A stretch of 63,873 bases of DNA, the filler included, from Lenisia limosa (Eukaryota; Protista; Breviatea), in NCBI GenBank assembly GCA_001655205.1. It is 9 parts of 9 records of this genome, joined end to end, with 100 filler letters (N's around TTAATTAATTAA, not from the genome) between each part and the next. Parts side by side here need not be neighbours in the genome. Positions count along the whole stretch, not along the records: positions 45,245 to 60,989 come from LPNZ01003993.1; positions 61,090 to 62,400 come from LPNZ01009063.1; positions 62,501 to 63,873 come from LPNZ01001821.1; 6 more parts are not named here. The stretch is one strand, 5' to 3'. Below the pieces are notes generated by a model, which did not search any database, was not told where the DNA came from, and worked only from the letters and a program-made list of their open reading frames with translations. Every line of letters starts with the position of its first letter. The first letter of the stretch is position 1. The position numbers were made by a program, and so were the translations under genes. Positions 57,201 through 63,873 of the stretch are shown one piece after another.

Positions 57201-59389
57201 TTTATTTTGAGTACTCTGGAGTTCTCTCAAACGTCTTCTCACGTAGGTTACGTAATACAGCAAAACAATGGTCACAACAAACTAGGGAGGGGTGGGGGGT
57301 TAAATTAGAAAACTGGTTCAATGAAAAATGTATCAAGAATAATCTCCACTACAAAAACTTTGCTGGCTAAACATTAAAATGCAAACGAGGGTAGGAAACA
57401 ACAAAACAAACGACACCCAGGCCAGTCGCTTCCCTATCTCTAGTTTCATTAAAGACTTTACTATACAGCTTCATTTTCGGTTCGAAAACATCAAAAAAAA
57501 ATCGATATTTATTTTTTGAGGATTAAGTCTTTTTAGTTTTTTTAGAACTGAGACCGAAGTTCCACTTTACTGTATACACGTCCCTCCAACCGAGAAACTT
57601 AGTACGAAGTAACCTGATGATTCTGACGACAATAGACAGAGAATGAACATCGGAACACACATGACCTGAATAAACATTAGGGGGGGGGGGNNNNNNNNNN
57701 NNNNNNNNNNNNNNNNNNNNNNNNNNNNNNNNNNNNNNNNNNNNNNNNNNNNNNNNNNNNNNNNNCTGATGGCTGACACGAGGGTTGTTATACAAACAAA
57801 GCCCAAGCCAGTCACTTCAAAATAAAAATTGGACTCAAACACATACTCTATACCCGAACAACCTCCCCCCCAGCGAAGCGTTAATTAAATCCTCTCCTAG
57901 TGAAACCTGAATTATACCTTGGGCTTCACTTCGGTTCGAGAAAATATCAATAGTTTTCGAGGATTTATCAAGAAATTCAGTCTTTTTTTTTTCAACCAAA
58001 GTAAAACATTCATTATAGCCCCTACCAGCAGAACCCTGACAGACACACTAGGCTCAAGATCGGTCAGACTTCCTGCTGCAACAAAAGCAACCATAAGGAT
58101 AATTAATATCAACCTGTGGGGGGGGGGGGTAAAATTGAAAAATTTATGAAACAAAAAAAAAGCCCAAAATCAACTCTGTTGGTTGACAACACACAAGGGT
58201 TGATAACAAGTAATATCCAATAAGTAGTGGATTATAGTAGCTTACGTAGTGAACGAGTCAGGAACTTCTGAAGCAAACATCCAAATTGCGAGAGACATAA
58301 ACTGTACCGGGTGTTAAACACGACAGAAAGAAGTCCCCATAGATTTGAAAAGAGATAAACTGAATTTCGTAATTATTGATGAGATGATCCTATCACCGAA
58401 TCAGTCAAAATGAAAAACGAGAATAGCGTATCGGAAAATTGTCAAAATGGAAGATATGAGTTAGGAAAATGATCCAAAAAGTGATATTCTGTATCATATA
58501 TTTATGTAAGCTTTTGATCAGTATACCATATTTAACGGAAACATTTTATATCATTGCACAAACTTAATTAACATCATTGTGCGAACTATCCCAAAATCTG
58601 AGTACAAAGTTAGCAAAGTAACGGATTATACAATTTTTTGTTAACGGCAAAGCACCAGGTTATACAATATTATGTAGACGGAAAAGCAACGGATTATACA
58701 CCTCATATGTATTTGTACAGTTCAAAAGTGAAGCCTTCATTAGGATATATAACGGTTAGCTGCCTATCATATTCCGACTGCTATACCATATATACAGTAA
58801 CCGCAACAAGTCTTGACCGATTTTACTGAAGAAAAATCCGATAACATCGATAAAGACTTACCATAGTCACTGTGTATGTGTAGCAAAATGAGGAAAGCAA
58901 TGAATGTAGTTATGAACAATAGCTGAGTCATTACCCTCCTCCTGCTCTTACCACTGTCCATTTTGCATACACCTTAGTACACGTTTGCCAAAAGTCTCTC
59001 ACCCTTCCACAGCATACATGAACAATCCACACGGTGAAGATAAGCGTTGGGGTGTAGCTCGAAGAAGGGAAGTTGCTGATCAGGCCCAAACCGACAAAGC
59101 AAAGTGCAGCAACGAGAGAAGGCGGTGATATGTTTTGCTGGAGCAGATTACAGTGGAATATTTCCAATCCTACATTGTCTGTTTCGACAAGCTCCATGGT
59201 GAAGAGAAGAGCCCATATGAAGAGGAACACCCTAAAGGAATCACTGGTCTTCGTGTAGATGACATGCGAAAGGTCGGAGTTCCTTTCATCATCGTTATTG
59301 ACAGCATTTGATGAAGTGTGGGAAGAGCCCCTGAAGGAGGACGTGCTCTCAGTGTCATTGAAATTCCACTGGCTGGTTGTGGAGACCAT
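45245..59389 (-). CDS. Transmembrane class III nucleotide cyclase-like protein (TM block, degenerate cyclase domain, second TM block), spliced, 3' truncated
   Basis: Hydrophobic exons near 59389-57540. Cyclase-fold motifs LAESISDIYDAFEL|VVQSYPLAVVKPSGGS|FNIMFGHP and IGVHCSSAI|VGVVGTLHPQLYTF. Second TM block opens PFQDQHLEADF..|HTFFVFLSLNAVFR..YYAVAVILTVGLLIW. Several exon joins are uncertain. Confidence 0.6.
45818..45858. other. Perfect 18-bp-stem inverted repeat
   Basis: CGGAATTGTCGAGTTAAC tgtgt GTTAACTCGACAATTCCG. Confidence 0.9.
45931..46029 (+). repeat. Repeat family D copy
   Basis: TTACATGGGAATCCCATG..ATCCCAAGTCGATGCGCCATAGTG; cf. 18474-18568. Confidence 0.7.
46921..50242 (+). mobile_element. 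Full-length pogo/Fot1-like DNA transposon (3.3 kb, perfect 53-bp TIRs) inside a cyclase-gene intron
   Basis: TIRs 46921-46973 and 50190-50242 are exact reverse complements, each with two ATCGTGTCGGTTTT direct repeats; they enclose a DDE_1-type transposase. Confidence 0.92.
47778..50094 (+). CDS. pogo-family (DDE_1) transposase, DD36D, intron-containing, two frame discontinuities in the N-terminal part
   Basis: RIMMVDE (D at 48748), SGYFSTEAF..PILAIGDNARIH (D at 49174), EPPFTSHFLQ|VGD (D at 49345). Introns at 48160-48189, 48600-48630, 49204-49235, 49311-49338 and 49422-49451 restore the frame. Confidence 0.82.
51200..51378 (-). repeat. 31-bp minisatellite (~5.5 units); each unit reads GT...TAAC...AG on the gene strand
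   Basis: Unit on the minus strand GTATTACCATTGGTATTGTTAACTGCTTTAG; plus-strand starts at 51200, 51231, 51262, 51293, 51323 and 51354. Confidence 0.9.
52192..52245. mobile_element. Internally deleted hAT-type MITE
   Basis: TIRs tagtgcttcact / agtgaagcacta; flanks GATATCGC / GGTATCGC (7/8). Confidence 0.88.
53724..53950. repeat. Degenerate ~21-bp tandem repeat (GTAAGTAAATGCGAGGAATTTTG) at the 3' end of a cyclase intron
   Basis: At least five imperfect units; the first abuts the acceptor at 53716-53717. Confidence 0.7.
55602..55693. mobile_element. hAT-type MITE with perfect TSD
   Basis: GTCCTGAC at 55594-55601 and 55694-55701. Confidence 0.92.
56649..56749. mobile_element. hAT-type MITE, subfamily A
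   Basis: Flanks CCCATATC / CCCATCCC (6/8). Confidence 0.85.
57000..57092. repeat. Degenerate (ATG)n microsatellite
   Basis: GATGACATGATGATGATAATGATGATGATGATGAT. Confidence 0.8.
57919..58011. mobile_element. hAT-type MITE, subfamily A
   Basis: Flanks ATTATACC / ATTATAGC (7/8). Confidence 0.85.
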
Positions 59390-59856
59390 TATCCAACAAA
59401 AATTTGATTTATGCCATAATTTGTTTAAGATTTAAAGACCATTTTGTTTTCTGTCTCTCTTTTCATGCCTTTTTGTTCATATACCATTTTACGGTGGCGG
59501 GGATTGTGTATTTTGGATGTTTGTGTGACGCCTTATTCTTTTTCCGCTTCTAGTGCACATTAAACATTACATAATTACACATTTGTTGACTGTAATTAGA
59601 GTGGAATGTGATAGAAAGATGGCCGAAACAACGGGGGTTGCGGTGACTGATCAGTGATGCTGACACGATTCCCTCCAGTAGGCTGTGGAGAGGATGGACT
59701 TGGTCTTAAATAGCATGATTGTTTTGGAGAGTTGTCCTGAAAGCTAATTCAAAACTGGAGTATTATTGAATTCATATAGAGTCTCATGGAAGAATATTTT
59801 GCCCTTTATATTTCTTCTGTCTTTCCTCGTTTCTTTAATAATTATGTCTTTGTTAG

Positions 59857-60884
59857 GGCTGTGGGACAGCTCTTTATAACATAACGTTAGCAATTCTAAT
59901 AATCCAGCCAAGGCCCATTTTAAGGGAGTCAGAAATCCCAAAACTGGCAAATGAGATCACTGATCTGTACGAATTTGGCACATTCGGATCCCCAATTGCC
60001 GATATTTCGTTTGCGCCTTTTGTGAAACCAAAGGTGAGCGGGAGGGGGGTCTCTCCTGTAAAGGAGTCATGACTTTCAGACTGCGTTCTTGCTTGAGAGG
60101 CTTTCAGCTATTATTCAACGCATGATGGGTCAACTGGTAGTATGTGTCATATTACTTATTGCTCTAATGATATGGAAGGACATTATTTATTCTATTGTAT
60201 AACCTCCAATGTTGGTCTCGAACACACTATATAATCGAACTTTATAATTTATTTATATTTTAGCTTGCTTTAGCAATAGCGGCGTCATTTTATAACTAGG
60301 GTTTTACTTCGAAATTATCGATAGTTTTCGAGGATTTATCGAAACATTCAGTCTTTTTCCGACCCAAAGTAAAGCATAAAAGCCGCGTCACTTCATAACC
60401 CAAAAATTTAGTCGCGAACGTATTACGTCATCAAACGTGCCGAATGGCTTTTGAGTTCCCTTGTCAACGACGGCGTTATTAAGAATTACGTCTTCTACGG
60501 CTCCATTATATCGGGGTGGGTGCTGTTGTCTGGCAGGTATTGTTTTGTGCCTATATCTCGGTAACGGTTGTGAAGCTTTAATATTATTTCCGGGTGGGAT
60601 TGCTTGCTTCTGTCATACATCATTTTCTGGCTGGGTTTTGTTACTGTGTATGTACAATTGAATGGGTGTTTCTTTGTGAGAGTCTCTTATGGCTCCATTT
60701 TTGACTGAATTTCGTGGTAAGTCTTCTATGAATAAATGTGTAATACCCATCTGTATAATTATTTCATTGTTGGAATTCAGAGTCTCAGTAACGTCTTAGG
60801 CTCTCAGACTCCACCAGTGATCTTGATGTTTGCATCAACTACGATATTACCAAACCAACCCAGTTTGGGAGATTGTCTTTTTAG
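59857..60884 (+). CDS. Possible Pol-beta-fold nucleotidyltransferase (TUTase/non-canonical poly(A) polymerase-like), fragment
   Basis: Exons ESEIPKLANEITDLYEFGTFGSP.., YVFYGSIISG and VSYGSILTEFR|DSTSDLDVCI resemble the hGS-x-DxD motif; gene ends unresolved. Confidence 0.4.
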
Positions 60885-60989
60885 AGCTTCACCTGCGATT
60901 CATGAATGAATAATGTGAAAATAAAGATATTTTTATTAAATTATCCTCCGCTGGAGTAATGGGAAACGTGCTACAGAAGCGACTAGTCT

Positions 60990-61089
60990 NNNNNNNNNNN
61001 NNNNNNNNNNNNNNNNNNNNNNNNNNNNNNNNNTTAATTAATTAANNNNNNNNNNNNNNNNNNNNNNNNNNNNNNNNNNNNNNNNNNNN
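60990..61089. other. Artificial contig-join spacer
   Basis: 44N-TTAATTAATTAA-44N. Confidence 0.95.
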
Positions 61090-61187
61090 GGCTTCCCTAC
61101 GGTCCGAAAAAGACCGTTAAAATATCGATATTTATCGAGGATTTATCGAAAAATTCAGTCTTTTTTGGGACCGCAAGGAAGTCTTAG
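61090..61187. mobile_element. hAT-type MITE, subfamily B (left end cut by the spacer)
   Basis: gcttccctacggtccg...gggaccgcaaggaagtctta. Confidence 0.85.
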
Positions 61188-62400
61188 TGATATCTTTCTT
61201 ACTGCCTTAATTCACCGCTCTTTCTTACCACCGTAGGAATGGCTCTTCCAGAGTCCGCAACATCGACGAAAACAGTCCGAGCATCTCGAAGGACAAAGAG
61301 AACTGGAGTGACTGTGGGGGGGGGGGGTTAGATNNNNNNNNNNNNNNNNNNNNNNNNNNNNNNNNNNNNNNNNNNNNNNNNNNNNNNNNNNNNNNNNNNN
61401 NNNNNNNNNNNNNNGCTTTGCTTCGGTTTGAAAAAAGACTGAATGTCTCGATAAATCTCCGAAAACTATCGATACTTTGCATATATAAACCTTAAATACA
61501 AATTACCACAGACACCAACAAGCTGGTTTCACTTTGATTTTTTGACATTACCATTTCGAGGCTCACCAGATAAGAGCAGCTAGTATCGAAATATTGTATT
61601 NNNNNNNNNNNNNNNNNNNNNNNACAGACCTTCAATTCACGCATTTATATATTGATAAGTACTCTTTTGTGTGATTATTGGCAACCTCTTATTGAAATAA
61701 AATGGTTGTTAACATTTAAAACTCTTTTTACCCTATAAGGGCAACCAGGTGGACTTGAGAGACGACAGACCCTCTCGTCAGGTTGGGTGGGGGCTATTAT
61801 TGTCTCATGTGAAGGGCTTTTTATAGGGGTTTTTTGGGCAAGAGAAATAATATACATTAGATTGTTTGGGCTTCAATCCCCCTTGTTAGTGTTCCCTTCC
61901 CTATATTATCATATATACAGTACATATCTTTCTCGCTGGATTGATGGGATGTGGTGTTGCAGAAGCGACTGGCCTGGTCTTTGTTTTGTTGTTCTCAACC
62001 CTCGTGTTGTCAACCAACTGAGTTGATATACACCTCATCATCCAACACATCATGTAGTACCCCTCTCCTCCTCCATCTCCTTATTTTGCAGTTAAGTCTC
62101 TATTGAAACTACGATCATAGAGATCCAGCGGTTGACTACTTCTCTCAACCAAACACACACATACACTCACACCACATGCACCCCCCAGGTAATATATCTA
62201 ACCACACAGACTATACACCTCCGAGATGATCCCTTCATTAACCGGTACTCGGATAGCGACGCCGAGGTCCGATCTGCCTCCACTGTCAGCAGCTCAACAG
62301 ACGAGGAAGTGAGTTTTGTTTTTATTTTTTTTGACAAGAGAAATAATAGCATTAGAAATTTAGGGGAAACAAAGAAATACATGGGGATACCATAACAAAT

Positions 62401-62500
62401 NNNNNNNNNNNNNNNNNNNNNNNNNNNNNNNNNNNNNNNNNNNNTTAATTAATTAANNNNNNNNNNNNNNNNNNNNNNNNNNNNNNNNNNNNNNNNNNNN
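62401..62500. other. Artificial contig-join spacer
   Basis: 44N-TTAATTAATTAA-44N. Confidence 0.95.
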
Positions 62501-62502
62501 GA

Positions 62503-63873
<1,371 letters not shown>

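Noticed and set aside
61228-61310. Minus-strand VFVDVADSGRAIP, resembling a histidine-kinase G1 box
   Set aside because: A single short exon that is open in several frames on both strands; it cannot be assigned.
61740-61781. GNQVDLRDD, resembling the Rho/Cdc42 G4 box
   Set aside because: Only 14 codons, and no other GTPase motifs were found in this 1.3-kb segment.

Overview
Eukaryotic, very intron-dense nuclear DNA from a mitochondriate and probably flagellated protist (kinesin-2 is present); the species cannot be named from the sequence. The window is not one continuous locus. It is nine segments joined by eight artificial 100-bp spacers (44 N + TTAATTAATTAA + 44 N), and several genes are cut at these joins. 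The ORF track is mostly uninformative because exons are short, so genes were rebuilt by manual exon stitching and exon boundaries are approximate. Recognisable genes: nucleoplasmin-FKBP, TIM23, mitochondrial inorganic pyrophosphatase, an RIIa D/D-domain protein, DRG GTPase (3' part), a YeeE/YedE sulfur-compound transporter, a RasGAP fragment, a WGR-PARP, prefoldin 5, kinesin-2, a kinesin-14 with an unusual N-terminus, a 14-kb transmembrane class III cyclase gene and DDX3/Ded1. Mobile DNA: one 3.3-kb pogo-type (DD36D) transposon whose transposase carries 28-32 nt introns, about 30-35 copies (manual count) of a ~100-bp hAT-type MITE with 8-bp TSDs, a small Tc1/mariner-like MITE and three other dispersed repeat families. 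The best leads are the MGCGSSK-bearing kinesin-14 with WW-like repeats, intronic minisatellites built from splice-signal modules (one made of complete GT..AG 31-mers), and the intron-rich nested transposon. No rRNA, tRNA or CRISPR array was recognised.
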